64,000 nt of DNA from Gemmatimonadota bacterium (GTDB lineage: Bacteria > Gemmatimonadota > Gemmatimonadetes > Palauibacterales > Palauibacteraceae), in contig JBDHIO010000002.1 of assembly GCA_039587355.1 (NCBI GenBank), positions 95,824 to 159,823 of the forward strand, given 5' to 3'. How positions within the stretch are numbered: position 1 is the first letter of the stretch; every line of letters begins with the position of its first letter. Shown here piece after piece: positions 18,113-28,563 of the stretch. Both the position numbers and the translations under genes were made by a program. The notes beneath the pieces were generated by a model. That model was not told the DNA's origin, ran no database searches, and saw only the letters and a program-made list of their open reading frames with translations.

Positions 18113-18958
18113 TCAGCGTTCCCCGGCTGCGGCGATCGAAGCGCGAATCCGATCGGCGGTCAGGTTGGCCCGGTATTCCAGAAGCTTCTTCCCGATCTCG
18201 ACGGTCTTCTCCTTCGGGGCGATCGGTACACCGTTGATCTTCGCCAGACCCGCCTTCACTCGCTGGTCGTAACGAACCACGGTCGGATCCGTCACCATCA
18301 TCAGGCTCGTGATGCCGAAGCTGTCGTGGATGCCGTCGTTCTCGGTCTCTTCGATTCCCAGCTCGTCCCTGAGGAAGGCTCCGCCTCCGTACCGGTAATA
18401 CTCCGGGATGTGGTGCGCGGTGGCATCCGTCCACCGTTCGTTCAGGGCTGCGGCCACGTTCACCATGCCGTCCGTGTTCGAGCCGCTGTCCCCGATGAAG
18501 ACGATGTGCCGGAACCCGTGGACCCTCAGGCTGGATGCGACGTCCGTCAGAAGGGCTTCGAACGTCTCGTCCCGGAGCGCGATCGTGCCCGGGTATCGCA
18601 TGTGGCCGGACGGCTCGTCGATGTCGCCCTCGGGGACGAGCTTCACGATCGGGGCGCACAGGGCGTTACCCAGGGCCCGCGCGATCGCCGGACAGGAGCT
18701 CTGCAGTACGTAGTTGTGCTTGCCGGTCGCGACGTACGGCCCGTTCTGCTCGATTCCCCCGGTCGGGATGATGGCGGTCGTCTTCCCCTCAGCCAGCAGG
18801 TCGCGCACTTCCATCCAGGTGAGCTCTTCGATCCAGACCGAGTCGTACGCCTCGATCGGCCGGGGCGCGTCGAGGGCGTCCTGAAGCCCCTGCCCTGCGG
18901 CGCCAGGAGCGGCGATGATCAGCATCAGAACAGCGAGCGAGAACACGGACCGTCTCAT
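18113..18958 (-). CDS. Creatininase family amidohydrolase, secreted (signal peptide)
   Basis: The ATG at 18958 is preceded by GGGAGAG (SD). Signal peptide then AIIPTGGIEQNGPYVATGKHN, resembling the creatininase metal-binding region. Confidence 0.6.
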   Translation of the reverse strand: MRRSVFSLAVLMLIIAAPGAAGQGLQDALDAPRPIEAYDSVWIEELTWMEVRDLLAEGKTTAIIPTGGIEQNGPYVATGKHNYVLQSSCPAIARALGNALCAPIVKLVPEGDIDEPSGHMRYPGTIALRDETFEALLTDVASSLRVHGFRHIVFIGDSGSNTDGMVNVAAALNERWTDATAHHIPEYYRYGGGAFLRDELGIEETENDGIHDSFGITSLMMVTDPTVVRYDQRVKAGLAKINGVPIAPKEKTVEIGKKLLEYRANLTADRIRASIAAAGER

Positions 18959-19114
18959 TTGTGACTCTCCCAAGAGCGTGTTCGCCGACGGGGTTCGTCG
19001 GGGTCCGCTATTGATTTACCCGCTTCTGTGCCGCAAATCGAGGCGGGGGTGCTCGCCACCCCGGGGTCGGTTGCGCCGCGACTCGACCCGTCCGGCAATC
19101 GGGACTGAACCGCC

Positions 19115-19564
19115 ATGGGCTACAAATCGATACGCGACGACGGGGCGCACGCCGAGACGGTCGCGCGCCTGCGGCGGCTAGGCCCCGACTGCGAGCGGGC
19201 GTGGGGTGTCATGAACCACGACCAGTTGCTACCGCACCTCGTCGATGGGCTCAGACTCGCCATGACCGGCACCGACAGAGTGGCGAAGGGCATCTTCTCG
19301 ACTGGCCTGATGCGGCACCTCCTCGTACACCGACTCAAGTGGCCCGAAGGGAAAGCGCAGGCGCCGAAGGGCGCCTTTCAGCGGGTCTGCGAGGATTGGG
19401 ACAGCGATCGGGCCGAGCTTCTCCGCCTGATCGACGAGTACCGCGCGACACCCCCGCACGGCCTCGGGAACGCGCACCCCATATTCGGTCCGATGACCGC
19501 ACGAGATTGGGACGTCCTGGTCTGGCGGCATCTCGACCACCATCTGCGCCAGTTCGGCTGCTAG
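19115..19564 (+). CDS. DinB/YfiT-like family protein (DUF1569-type four-helix bundle)
   Basis: 149 aa. C-terminal WRHLDHHLRQFG is the conserved motif of this family. Confidence 0.6.
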   Translation: MGYKSIRDDGAHAETVARLRRLGPDCERAWGVMNHDQLLPHLVDGLRLAMTGTDRVAKGIFSTGLMRHLLVHRLKWPEGKAQAPKGAFQRVCEDWDSDRAELLRLIDEYRATPPHGLGNAHPIFGPMTARDWDVLVWRHLDHHLRQFGC

Positions 19565-19619
19565 GAGGCGTCATGAGCGACGAGCGCATTATCCAGGTCC
19601 TCGACGGACGGAACGAGCG

Positions 19620-21461
19620 CTAGCGAGCCGGTTCCGGAATCTCGGCGCTGTTGTTCGCGGGGTTCGAGTCGAGAATCCATCCGTCGGGATCGAGGACGAC
19701 CTCCGAGGGGCGTGACTCCGTAACGAACTCCACGCGCTGCTGCACGACGCGATCGGTCAGCCGGCGCTCCTCCGCCCCGACGCGAAGGGTCACTGGCATC
19801 CATGCATCGCCTGTCCGGATGACCTCGACCACCGTCCGCCACGCGCCATCGAGCTCCTCCTGCTCGACCTCGCCGATTCCGTAGTCGAGCGTGTCCGTCG
19901 TGTGCAGCCACTGCTCGAAGAACCACTCGAGGTCCTCGCCGGTCACGGCCTCCGCCGTCGTACGCAGCGCCTCCTCGGTCACGTGTCGCAGTGCCCAGCG
20001 GTCGTAGTACGCGCGCATGATCTCCCGGAACGCCTCGTCTCCGACCAGGCCATGCAGCATTCGAAAGAAGAACGAACCCCGGGTATACGCCATGTAGTTG
20101 TAGAGCCCGAAGCCCTCGAACTCGTCGGAGATCGTCGACATCGGCTGCGTGAAGCCCGCGGCCTCCGTCGGGGCCATCCGGTCGCGTGTCTGGACCCACA
20201 TGCCCGGGTTGTTCTCCTCGAAGGCCCAACTCGTGAGGAAGGACGCGAATCCCTCGTCCAGCCACGCCTCCTTCCACTCGTTGTTCCCGAAGATCCCGTG
20301 AGCGTACTGATGCGCGGTCTCGTGCATGATCAGGCCGGCGGACGCGGATCCGTCCATGATCACCATCGGGAACTCCGTGCCGCCTCCCTCCAGTCGGTGG
20401 ACGTTCGTCAGCTGCGGCCAGGGGTAGGGACCGAACACGCTCTCGAGGAAGAGCAGAGCGAACACGGTTCGCTCGACGGCCTGTCCGTTGCCCCAGGAGT
20501 CCTGGTCGCCGGGCCGGTAAAGAACGTTCACCTCGATCGGTGTGTCGCGCTCGTCGGTCGCCGGCACCTCGCCGCCCTCGTGCATGTACTCCGGCGTGGT
20601 CGTCCAGGCGAAGTGGTGTACGTCGTCCGCGAAGAACCGGACGCGCTTTCGATCGATCTCACGGCTGATGTCGAGCAGCCCCAGGCGCTGACGCGCTCCC
20701 GGCCGGTCGCCGTAGAACCCGCGCGTTCCCGGCTCGACGCCCCAGCCCGGGTCGCCCTCGATCGGCGCCCCCGTCGCACCGACGACCTGGTCTTCGGCGA
20801 GGTCGAGCGTGACGTCGTACGACCCGAAGGACCCGTAGAACTCGCCCTGAGGGTACAGCGGGTGAGCCGCCCATCCATCCTCGTCGTACGGGGCGATCCG
20901 GGGATACCACTGCGCGAAGTCGTAGTGTCGCCCCGCGCGGCACTGGCGTCGGCAGGTGGTGGACGGACGTGCGAGCCAGTCGAGCTGCAGAGCGATGGTC
21001 TCACCCGGTTCGAGCGGGTCGGGCAGCGGGATCTCTACGACTGTCGAGTCCGGAGCCCCCGGGTAGGACCAGCGGAGCGCCCGGCCAACCGTCTCGGATC
21101 CGCCCGCACCGACCGGCAGCGTGCGGGCTCCCAGAAGGCGCTCGAACGCGTGGTCGGGATCCCGGAGGTTCGTGAAGTCGGGGTTCGGTCGCTGGCCCGA
21201 GGTGGCCCAGGCGCTGTTCGGTCGGAACGCGTTCAGGTGCTGGTGGAAGAACAGCCGGTCGAGCGTGTCCGGAGATCGATTCGTGTACGTGAACCGCGCA
21301 CGCGCGCGCAGCGTTTCCGAAGCCTCGTCGAGCTCCGCCTCGATGATGTATTCGATCCCCTGCTGCCACGCCTCCTGCCCAGTCACGGGCCCGGCCAGGG
21401 TCATTCCCACGCCCACCCAGACCACGCACGCCACCGTCCTGCGAACCGCCTGCCCGAACAT
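19620..21461 (-). CDS. M1 family zinc metallopeptidase (aminopeptidase N-like), secreted
   Basis: Signal peptide. HETAHQY (HExxH) followed by WLDEGFASF (the third zinc ligand E) 19 residues later, and an upstream GAMEN-like region. Confidence 0.85.
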   Translation of the reverse strand: MFGQAVRRTVACVVWVGVGMTLAGPVTGQEAWQQGIEYIIEAELDEASETLRARARFTYTNRSPDTLDRLFFHQHLNAFRPNSAWATSGQRPNPDFTNLRDPDHAFERLLGARTLPVGAGGSETVGRALRWSYPGAPDSTVVEIPLPDPLEPGETIALQLDWLARPSTTCRRQCRAGRHYDFAQWYPRIAPYDEDGWAAHPLYPQGEFYGSFGSYDVTLDLAEDQVVGATGAPIEGDPGWGVEPGTRGFYGDRPGARQRLGLLDISREIDRKRVRFFADDVHHFAWTTTPEYMHEGGEVPATDERDTPIEVNVLYRPGDQDSWGNGQAVERTVFALLFLESVFGPYPWPQLTNVHRLEGGGTEFPMVIMDGSASAGLIMHETAHQYAHGIFGNNEWKEAWLDEGFASFLTSWAFEENNPGMWVQTRDRMAPTEAAGFTQPMSTISDEFEGFGLYNYMAYTRGSFFFRMLHGLVGDEAFREIMRAYYDRWALRHVTEEALRTTAEAVTGEDLEWFFEQWLHTTDTLDYGIGEVEQEELDGAWRTVVEVIRTGDAWMPVTLRVGAEERRLTDRVVQQRVEFVTESRPSEVVLDPDGWILDSNPANNSAEIPEPAR

Positions 21462-21568
21462 ATGCTTCGCTCCCGTGAGGTAATCCCTGGATCGCGCCTG
21501 AAGCTAGCGCGGGTCCCACGGCTTCCAAACCGCGGCACCGGCCACCGTCTCTTGATACGGGTCGGGCC

Positions 21569-21587
21569 GTTCGGCAGGTTGCCGAAC
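21569..21587. promoter_or_regulatory. Perfect inverted repeat GTTCGGCA-GGT-TGCCGAAC in the divergent M1-peptidase/gyrA intergenic region (candidate operator)
   Basis: Seen directly: 8-bp arms with a 3-nt spacer, about 80 nt upstream of the gyrA GTG. No T-tract follows on either strand, so a terminator is unlikely. Confidence 0.3.
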
Positions 21588-21667
21588 ATTCTCCGAAGAC
21601 CGGCACAACCGCACCCCGCGGCGCTCCGGGACCGGGATGAAGACGAGGAAGAGGGAGGAGAGGTTAC

Positions 21668-24199
21668 GTGTCGCAGTCCACCGTCCAGCGCGAACGCATC
21701 GAAGTTCGCTTCATCGAGCAGGAAATGCGGGACTCGTTCATCGACTACTCGATGAGCGTGATCGTACAGCGGGCCTTGCCGGATGCCCGCGATGGTCTGA
21801 AGCCGGTGCACCGGCGGATCCTCTACGCGATGCGTGAGGAGGGCCTGAACCCCTCGCGACCTCACAAGAAGAGCGCGACGGTCGTGGGTGACGTGCTCGG
21901 TCGGTACCACCCCCACGGCGACAGCGCGGTCTACGATTCGATCGTGCGCATGGCGCAGAACTTCTCGCTCCGGTATCCCCTGGTGGACGGTCAGGGGAAT
22001 TTCGGATCGATCGATGGCGACCCCGCGGCCGCCTATCGATACACGGAGGTCCGGCTCACACCGGTGGCCGAAGAGCTCCTGCGCGACATCGACAGCGAGA
22101 CCGTGGACGAACGGCCGAACTTCGATGGTCGCCTGATGGAGCCTGAAGTCCTCCCGGCTCGCCTCCCCCACCTCCTCCTGAACGGCTCCGACGGGATCGC
22201 GGTCGGCATGGCGACGAAGATCCCTCCGCATAACGCGGGGGAGCTTCTCGGCGCCGTCGATCACCTCGTGCAGAACCCGGACTGCGATGTCGAGGCCCTG
22301 ATGAAGCTCGTTCCCGGACCCGACTTTCCGACCGGGGGGTTCATCTGGGGGCGCGCGGGGATCGACAAGGCCTACCGAACCGGCCGGGGCCGGCTCGAGA
22401 TGCGGGGCCGCATTCATGCCGAAGAGGGGCGTTTCGGAAAGAGCGCCCTCGTCGTGACCGAGCTGCCCTACCAGGTGAACAAAACCCGCGTGATCGAACA
22501 GATCGCGAAGATGGTGAAGGCGGGTCGGGGCGATGAGATCACCGAGCTTCGCGACGAATCCGATCGCGACGGGATCCGGCTCGTCATCGAGCTCAAGCGC
22601 GATGCGAAGCCGGACGCGGTGGTGCAGAAGCTCTTCAAGAAGACACAGCTGAAGTACACGTTCGGCGTGATCATGCTGGCGCTGGTCGACGGCCGGCCGG
22701 TGGAACTCGACCTCAAGGCCGCCCTCGACTGCTGGGTACGTCATCGACTCGACGTCATCCGCCGCCGTGCCGCGTTCGATCTCGAGCACGCGGAGGCGCG
22801 CGCGCACATCGTCGATGGGTTGCTGATCGCGCTGAACGACATCGATCGGGTGATCGAAATCATCAGGAGCAGTCGCAACCCCGACTCGGCGCGGAACAAG
22901 CTCCGGAAGGAGTTCGAGCTCTCCGAGGCACAGGCCAACGCGATCCTCGCGATGCGGCTCGCGCAGCTCACCGGCCTCGAGCACAAGAAGCTCGCCGAAG
23001 AGCTCGCGCTGCTGAAGAGCGATATCGCGGCCTTCTCGAAGCTCGTGACGGACGACGCCACTCGCCGGGTTTTCCTGCGCGAGGAGATCCACGAGCTCCG
23101 CGAGCGATACGGCGACCCACGACGCACGGAAATCGTGGAGGACGAGAAGTCCTTCAAGGTGGCCAGGGGCGGCGACCAGGGAACGCGTCTCGTCCTCGTG
23201 AGTCGACAGGGGTACATCAAGGCCCAGCCGGCCGGCGCTGGCGGCGGTCTCGCGGGCGCGGAGGCCATGGAGGCCCGCGAAGGCGATTTCGCGCGCGAGG
23301 CTTTCCTCTGCGGCCCCTCGCACTCCCTGCTGGTGATGAGCGCCAGAGGAAACGCCTACGTCCTGCCAATGAGCAGCCTTCCCCACGGCACTCGGAGTTC
23401 GCGCGGGAAGCGTCTCGATGACTTCATCAGCCTCGAACTCGGGGACGAGGTCGCGGCGGTCATGCCGATCGACGGCTTCCCGGACGACCGGTTCCTCGTG
23501 ATCGCGACGCGTCAGGGACAGGTCAAGCGCACGGCGTTGTCGGAGTACTCGAACGCCCGCGCCGGCGGGATCAAGGGCGCGGGCCTGGCGAAGGGCGACG
23601 AGGTCCTCGGCGCCTTCGTGACGGACGGGTCGCGGGATGTACTGCTGGCCACACGGGCGGGTCAGGCGATTCGGTTCCAGGAAGCCGACATGCGACCGAT
23701 GGGCCGGTCGGCAAAGGGGGTCCGCGGGATCGATCTACCGAAGGGCGACGTCGTCGTTTCCGCGCTCGCACCCCGGCCCGACTCCGACCTGCTCGCGGCG
23801 TCCGAGGCGGGCTTCGGCAAACGGATCCCGTTCACCGAGTTCAAGATGCAGGGTAGGGCCGGCAAGGGGCTCATGGTGCTTCCGGAACGGAAGCGGGTCG
23901 GCAACCTCGTGGGGCTCCTCGAGGTGCACCCGGCAGACGACGTCGCGTGGGAGCGGTCGGACTCGACGATCGACACCACGGCGGCCGCCGACATCCTCAC
24001 GCGAGCGCGTCGCGAAGCGGGGCGGCCGGCGATCGAGTTGCCGGCCGGGGTGGCGGTGGAGGCCGTACACCCGATCCGGTCTGCACCTACGGCACCGTCG
24101 GAGCCGGAGCCCGCGGCTCCGATCGACACCGAGGGGGACGCGGCCGGATCCGACGGCGACGAGACGACGACACAGACCGAGATGGGATTCGAGGGGTGA
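21668..24199 (+). CDS. gyrA: DNA gyrase subunit A (type IIA topoisomerase A subunit; ParC not excluded)
   Basis: GTG start preceded by GGGAGGAGAGG. N-terminus ...[14 protein letters not shown], active-site region, six C-terminal beta-pinwheel blades and an acidic tail. 843 aa. Confidence 0.8.
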   Translation: MSQSTVQRERIEVRFIEQEMRDSFIDYSMSVIVQRALPDARDGLKPVHRRILYAMREEGLNPSRPHKKSATVVGDVLGRYHPHGDSAVYDSIVRMAQNFSLRYPLVDGQGNFGSIDGDPAAAYRYTEVRLTPVAEELLRDIDSETVDERPNFDGRLMEPEVLPARLPHLLLNGSDGIAVGMATKIPPHNAGELLGAVDHLVQNPDCDVEALMKLVPGPDFPTGGFIWGRAGIDKAYRTGRGRLEMRGRIHAEEGRFGKSALVVTELPYQVNKTRVIEQIAKMVKAGRGDEITELRDESDRDGIRLVIELKRDAKPDAVVQKLFKKTQLKYTFGVIMLALVDGRPVELDLKAALDCWVRHRLDVIRRRAAFDLEHAEARAHIVDGLLIALNDIDRVIEIIRSSRNPDSARNKLRKEFELSEAQANAILAMRLAQLTGLEHKKLAEELALLKSDIAAFSKLVTDDATRRVFLREEIHELRERYGDPRRTEIVEDEKSFKVARGGDQGTRLVLVSRQGYIKAQPAGAGGGLAGAEAMEAREGDFAREAFLCGPSHSLLVMSARGNAYVLPMSSLPHGTRSSRGKRLDDFISLELGDEVAAVMPIDGFPDDRFLVIATRQGQVKRTALSEYSNARAGGIKGAGLAKGDEVLGAFVTDGSRDVLLATRAGQAIRFQEADMRPMGRSAKGVRGIDLPKGDVVVSALAPRPDSDLLAASEAGFGKRIPFTEFKMQGRAGKGLMVLPERKRVGNLVGLLEVHPADDVAWERSDSTIDTTAAADILTRARREAGRPAIELPAGVAVEAVHPIRSAPTAPSEPEPAAPIDTEGDAAGSDGDETTTQTEMGFEG

Positions 24200-24368
24200 G
24201 TTGACCGACCCCGACTCCGGTCATGCCGTCCAGGCCACGGACGAACAGGGCCGGAGATACCGGGCCGGCGTCTACGACCCGATCGATGAGAGCGACCTAG
24301 AGGACGCTCCCGACGACCCGGGCTATCCGGCGCGAGGCACCGGACCGGCATTCAAGCGCGTGGCGAGC

Positions 24369-25925
24369 ATGCCGCGCGTCCCGAAGGTCCGACACCTGGT
24401 GGGGCCCTCCGTGATCGCGGCGGGTATGGGCCTGGGCGCCGGCGAGTTTCTGCTCTGGCCCAACCTGATCACCGTGAACGGCTACGGGATCTGGTGGCTG
24501 TTCTGGATCGGCGTGCTCACTCAATTCCTCGTGATCGGCGAGATCGAGCGGTGGACGATCGCCACCGGCGAGTCGGTCTTCGGCGGTATGGCCCGGCTGG
24601 ATCGGTTCTCCTTCTGGCCGTGGTTCTTCCTCGTCGCGACGCTGTTCAGCTTCTTCTGGCCGGGGTGGGCGTCATTGTCCGGAGAGTTCGTCGGCGAGAT
24701 CGTCTTCCTCCTGACGGGCACGCAGCTCGCGTGGCAACCGCTCGCGATCGTGATGCTGCTCTTCATCTGGGTCGGGCTCGCCGCCTCGAAGATCGTATAC
24801 AACGCGCTGGAGCGCTTCGAGATCGGCCTGGTCCTCGGGTTCTTCCCGCTGCTCCTGACCACGCTGCTCATCGTGGGCCTCCTCCCGTCCGACCTCCTCG
24901 ACCTGGCGAAGGGCGCCGTGTCGATCGGGACGGCCCCACCCGAACTCCTGACCGGGGACCAGTTCCCGACCCTCCTTCTCGCCGTGGCATATGCCGGCAC
25001 GGGCGGCACGCTGCTGCTCGCCCAGTCGTTGTGGATTCGCGACAAGGGATTCGGAATGGCGATCCACCAGGGGCGAATCGCCGGCATCCGCGGCGAGAAC
25101 GAGGACATCAGCGATACGGGGTTCGTCTTCGATCCGGACGACATGACCTCGCTGGAGCGCTTCCGCGCCTGGATGCGAGCTTCTCACAAGGAGCTGCTCG
25201 TCACGTTCGTCGTGCTGACCATTGTGAGCGTCGTGATTACCTGCATGCTCGTGACCTCGACCCTCGGCGTCGGGAATTTCGATCTGGCCGGTGACCAGTC
25301 CACGATGGTCTCTCGCCAGGGACAGGCGATTCAGGAAGCCGGCGGCGTATGGCTCCGGATCGCGTTCCTGCTCGGCGGGTCGTTCATCCTGTTCTCGACG
25401 CAGATCGGGATCGTCGACACCGTGACCCGGATCTCCGGAAGCATCTTCTACGAGCGATTCGGTCGGAATACGACGTTCTGGACGCTCAAGCGGACGTTCC
25501 TGCTGTTCCTCACCGTCCTCACCTTCGCGGCGATCGGGATCATCGCGGTGTCGTGGCTCGGCGATCAGGCTCTGGGCGCGCTCCAGCCGACGTTCCTCCT
25601 CCTCGTCGCCGGGCCGTTCACGATCTCGAGCATGTACGCCTACACGCTGGTCGTCGGGTACATGAACTCGGCGATGCTGCCGGTCGCCCTGTCGTCGCCG
25701 GCGTGGAAGCGATGGGGAATGCTGTGGGCAGCGACACTTTGGGGCTGGTTCACCACAGAGGTCGTCGCGAGGGCCGTGATGGGAGGCATCGGAGTCGATG
25801 CCGCGACCGTCGAGTCCCTTTCGTGGCACCCGATCCGTCTCGCGTGTTACGGGTTGTGGATCGGCTCGCTGCTCTGGTTCGCGCTTCGGGTCGTCCCCCG
25901 AAAGGGCCGCCAGGCCGTCTCCTAG
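24369..25925 (+). CDS. Polytopic integral membrane protein (about 11-12 TM; Nramp/APC-like fold suspected)
   Basis: Very hydrophobic 518-aa product. Start chosen at ATG 24369 (MPRVPKVRHLVGPS...). An alternative TTG at 24201 lies 2 nt after the gyrA stop. Confidence 0.5.
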   Translation: MPRVPKVRHLVGPSVIAAGMGLGAGEFLLWPNLITVNGYGIWWLFWIGVLTQFLVIGEIERWTIATGESVFGGMARLDRFSFWPWFFLVATLFSFFWPGWASLSGEFVGEIVFLLTGTQLAWQPLAIVMLLFIWVGLAASKIVYNALERFEIGLVLGFFPLLLTTLLIVGLLPSDLLDLAKGAVSIGTAPPELLTGDQFPTLLLAVAYAGTGGTLLLAQSLWIRDKGFGMAIHQGRIAGIRGENEDISDTGFVFDPDDMTSLERFRAWMRASHKELLVTFVVLTIVSVVITCMLVTSTLGVGNFDLAGDQSTMVSRQGQAIQEAGGVWLRIAFLLGGSFILFSTQIGIVDTVTRISGSIFYERFGRNTTFWTLKRTFLLFLTVLTFAAIGIIAVSWLGDQALGALQPTFLLLVAGPFTISSMYAYTLVVGYMNSAMLPVALSSPAWKRWGMLWAATLWGWFTTEVVARAVMGGIGVDAATVESLSWHPIRLACYGLWIGSLLWFALRVVPRKGRQAVS

Positions 25926-26905
25926 GAGGGGCTCACGGGAACCGCGGCCCCGGCACTCGCGGCCATCTCCTCGGCGGTCTTCATTCGCGACAGGTCGAGA
26001 CTGAAGTCCGGGCGCTCGCCCGGGGCGATCTTCTCCTTGAACTCACGCATCTCGCGCGCCGACATCCCGCACTCGGCCATCGCGTCCGTGGAGAGACCTG
26101 CCCCGTCCCGCGCCGCCACCCCATCCTCGGTCGCCTCCAGCAAGGCGCCCAGCGCCCGCCGGTCCGCGTCCGTGAGCCGGCCGCCCAGGACCTCGTAGTC
26201 GAGCCACGCTTCATAGCTGAGAGGGGCGACCCGCTGGAGCATCCCCGCCATCACCCGCCCGTACTCCTGGATCTCGAACTGCGCGTGATCATCCACACGG
26301 AGTCGGAGAAAGTGCAGCAGGTTGTGGAGGTCGATCTTCCAGTACCACTGGGTGTAGGTCGAAAGCGGCAGATCGATGCGCGCGAGCTCCCGCGCCACAT
26401 CCTCCTCGATCATCCAGCCGTAGGTCTCCGAGGCGTCGGCCCGCAGCCGCTCCCAGCGTTCGATCGACTCCTCGTAGAGCTCGGCCGGGGCCGGTTCGTC
26501 CTGGCGCCCCTGGTTGTTCACGGTGCTCTGCAGCGCGAAGCTCGACGAGGTGGGCTCGTAGAACAGAAGCGGCATCAGCGAATAGCGCCCGCTGAGTTCG
26601 TTCACCGATGCCGTGCGGTGCCGAATCCACTGACGCGCGATGAAGATCGGCATCGAGCAATGGAACTTGAACTCGACCATCTCGCTGGGCGTCGTATGAG
26701 CGTGACGCCGGAGATAGCGGATGAGGCCGCGCGTCGCGCTGACCTTTCGCGTCCCGTATCCGTAGCTGACACGGGCCGCTCTCTCCACATCCTCGTCGGT
26801 CCCCATGTAGTCCACGAGAGACACGAATCCGTGATCGAGGACGGGGAAGTATCCGCCGAGAATCTCCTCGGCGGCGGCGCTGGTCGGTCGTTTGGTCTGC
26901 GTCAT
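25922..26905 (-). CDS. thyX: FAD-dependent thymidylate synthase ThyX
   Basis: ThyX signature RHRTASVNELSGRY (RHRx7S) and flavin-binding context (HTTPSEMVEFKFHC...). Confidence 0.85.
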   Translation of the reverse strand: MTQTKRPTSAAAEEILGGYFPVLDHGFVSLVDYMGTDEDVERAARVSYGYGTRKVSATRGLIRYLRRHAHTTPSEMVEFKFHCSMPIFIARQWIRHRTASVNELSGRYSLMPLLFYEPTSSSFALQSTVNNQGRQDEPAPAELYEESIERWERLRADASETYGWMIEEDVARELARIDLPLSTYTQWYWKIDLHNLLHFLRLRVDDHAQFEIQEYGRVMAGMLQRVAPLSYEAWLDYEVLGGRLTDADRRALGALLEATEDGVAARDGAGLSTDAMAECGMSAREMREFKEKIAPGERPDFSLDLSRMKTAEEMAASAGAAVPVSPS

Positions 26906-26983
26906 GCGCGAGAATACGGGACGTGGGCGACGCTCGCCAGAAGGCTGCAGTGCGAGCCTCCCGTGCGGGGCACGATGTACTTC

Positions 26984-28492
26984 CTAGGGATCCGTCTGGC
27001 CGGCCCGGCCGGCCGACAGAACCCGCTCCACCGCGACGCGCCAGCCGGCGTAGAGATCGGCCCGGCGAGCCTCCTCCATCGCCGGCTCCCACTCCCGATC
27101 GAGTCGCCAGGTCGCCGCGACATCCGCCGTCGAATCGAAGACGCCGCTCGCGAGCCCCGCGAGGCTCGCGGCTCCCAGAGCAGTGGTCTCCGTCACGTGC
27201 GGCCGCTGAACCGTTATCCCGACCTGGTCCGCGACGAACTGCATCGCCCACTCGTTCGCGGTGAGCCCACCGTCGACGCGAAGGGTCGAGGGCTCGGCTC
27301 CGTCGGCCGCCATCGCGTCGAGGAGGTCGCGCGTCTGGTACCCGATCGCTTCCAGAGTCGCCCGCGCGACCTCGGCTCGACCCGAGTCGCGAGTGAGCCC
27401 GACCACCGCCCCCCGGGCCTCGGAGTCCCAGTACGGCGCGCCGAGTCCGACGAACGCGGGAACGACGTACACGCCGCCCGTATCGTCAACGGTGCGAGCG
27501 AGGTCCTCGGTCTCGGTCGCCGAGTCGATGATGCGGATGCCGTCGCGGAGCCACTGCACCGCGGCACCCGCTACGAAGATGCTCCCCTCCAGGGCGTAGG
27601 TGGTCTCGCCGTCGAGGCTCCAGGCGATCGTCGTCAGGAGACGGTTCTGCGAATCGACTCTCCGTGACCCCGTGTTGAGCAGAGCGAACGCACCGGTCCC
27701 GTATGTGCACTTCATCGCCCCGGGGGCGAACGCTGCCTGGCCGAACGTCGCCGCCTGCTGGTCGCCGGCGATTCCGCGGATCGGGATCGGGGCACCGAAC
27801 AGATCCGGGGGTGTCCGGCCGTAGTCCGCGGCAGAGTCTCGCACGTCCGGCAACAGCGTGCGAGGGATGTCGAAGAGATCGAGTAGCTCGCCGGACCAGG
27901 CAACCTCGTCGATATCGAGGAGCATCGTGCGGGACGCGTTCGAGACGTCTGTGGCGTGGACGGCGCCACCGGTGAGGTTCCAGAGGACCCAGGTGTCCAT
28001 CGTGCCGAACGCGAGTTCGCCCCGGCCGGCCGCGTCGCGAGCCCCGTCCACGTGATCGAGAATCCACGCGAGCTTCGTCGCGGAAAAGTACGGATCGAGC
28101 AGAAGGCCGGTTCGCGCCCGGACGACGGCCTCGTGCCCCTCTTCTCGTAGCCGCCGGCACGCGCCGGCGGTCCTGCGATCCTGCCAGACGATCGCCGGGT
28201 GGATCGGCGTTCCGGTCGAACGTTCCCAGACGACGGTCGTCTCACGCTGGTTCGTGATCCCGATGGCCGCGACGCCGACGGCACCCTTCTCCAGACTCGC
28301 GATGACCTCGCGGCAGCATTCCAGCGCGTCGTCGCGAATCCGCTCTGCGTCGTGTTCCACCCAGCCAGGCCGCGGGAACCCCTGCGGCAACTCACGCTGC
28401 GCCACGGCGATTTGCCTGCCCGAAGAATCGAACGCGATCGCCCGGGTGGACGTCGTGCCCTGGTCGATCGCCAGTAGGATCAGATCACTCAC
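26984..28492 (-). CDS. glpK: Glycerol kinase
   Basis: The GTG at 28492 gives VSDLILLAIDQGTTSTRAIAFD... (FGGY N-terminus). C-terminal FGGY domain with GGLTANEWAMQFVADQ. 503 aa. The ORF-track N-terminal extension (Gly/Arg-rich) was rejected. Confidence 0.85.
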   Translation of the reverse strand: MSDLILLAIDQGTTSTRAIAFDSSGRQIAVAQRELPQGFPRPGWVEHDAERIRDDALECCREVIASLEKGAVGVAAIGITNQRETTVVWERSTGTPIHPAIVWQDRRTAGACRRLREEGHEAVVRARTGLLLDPYFSATKLAWILDHVDGARDAAGRGELAFGTMDTWVLWNLTGGAVHATDVSNASRTMLLDIDEVAWSGELLDLFDIPRTLLPDVRDSAADYGRTPPDLFGAPIPIRGIAGDQQAATFGQAAFAPGAMKCTYGTGAFALLNTGSRRVDSQNRLLTTIAWSLDGETTYALEGSIFVAGAAVQWLRDGIRIIDSATETEDLARTVDDTGGVYVVPAFVGLGAPYWDSEARGAVVGLTRDSGRAEVARATLEAIGYQTRDLLDAMAADGAEPSTLRVDGGLTANEWAMQFVADQVGITVQRPHVTETTALGAASLAGLASGVFDSTADVAATWRLDREWEPAMEEARRADLYAGWRVAVERVLSAGRAGQTDP

Positions 28493-28563
28493 GGGTGGTC
28501 CGCTACGACGAGCGCGTCCTTCGCGACCGGGCGTCGACCCTCCATGCCAGCCCCCTCTCGGGA

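Noticed and set aside
16860-18659. Full 599-aa version of the oxidoreductase ORF
   Set aside because: The first 190 codons overlap the creatininase gene in another frame and encode an Arg/Asp/Gly-rich stretch. The protein family begins at the GxGxxG motif.
19902-21755. 617-aa + strand ORF antisense to the M1 peptidase gene
   Set aside because: The M1 peptidase on the minus strand has HExxH...E motifs and a signal peptide. The antisense product is Arg/Pro-rich with no domain features.
23637-25925. 762-aa version of the membrane-protein ORF starting inside gyrA
   Set aside because: The N-terminal 240 codons overlap the gyrA 3' half out of frame (Arg/Ser-rich). A start at 24369 (or TTG 24201) is far more plausible.
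25349-27667. 772-aa + strand ORF spanning thyX and glpK antisense
   Set aside because: It covers two well-supported minus-strand genes (the ThyX RHRx7S motif and the GlpK FGGY motifs). The translation is Arg/Gly/Pro-rich.
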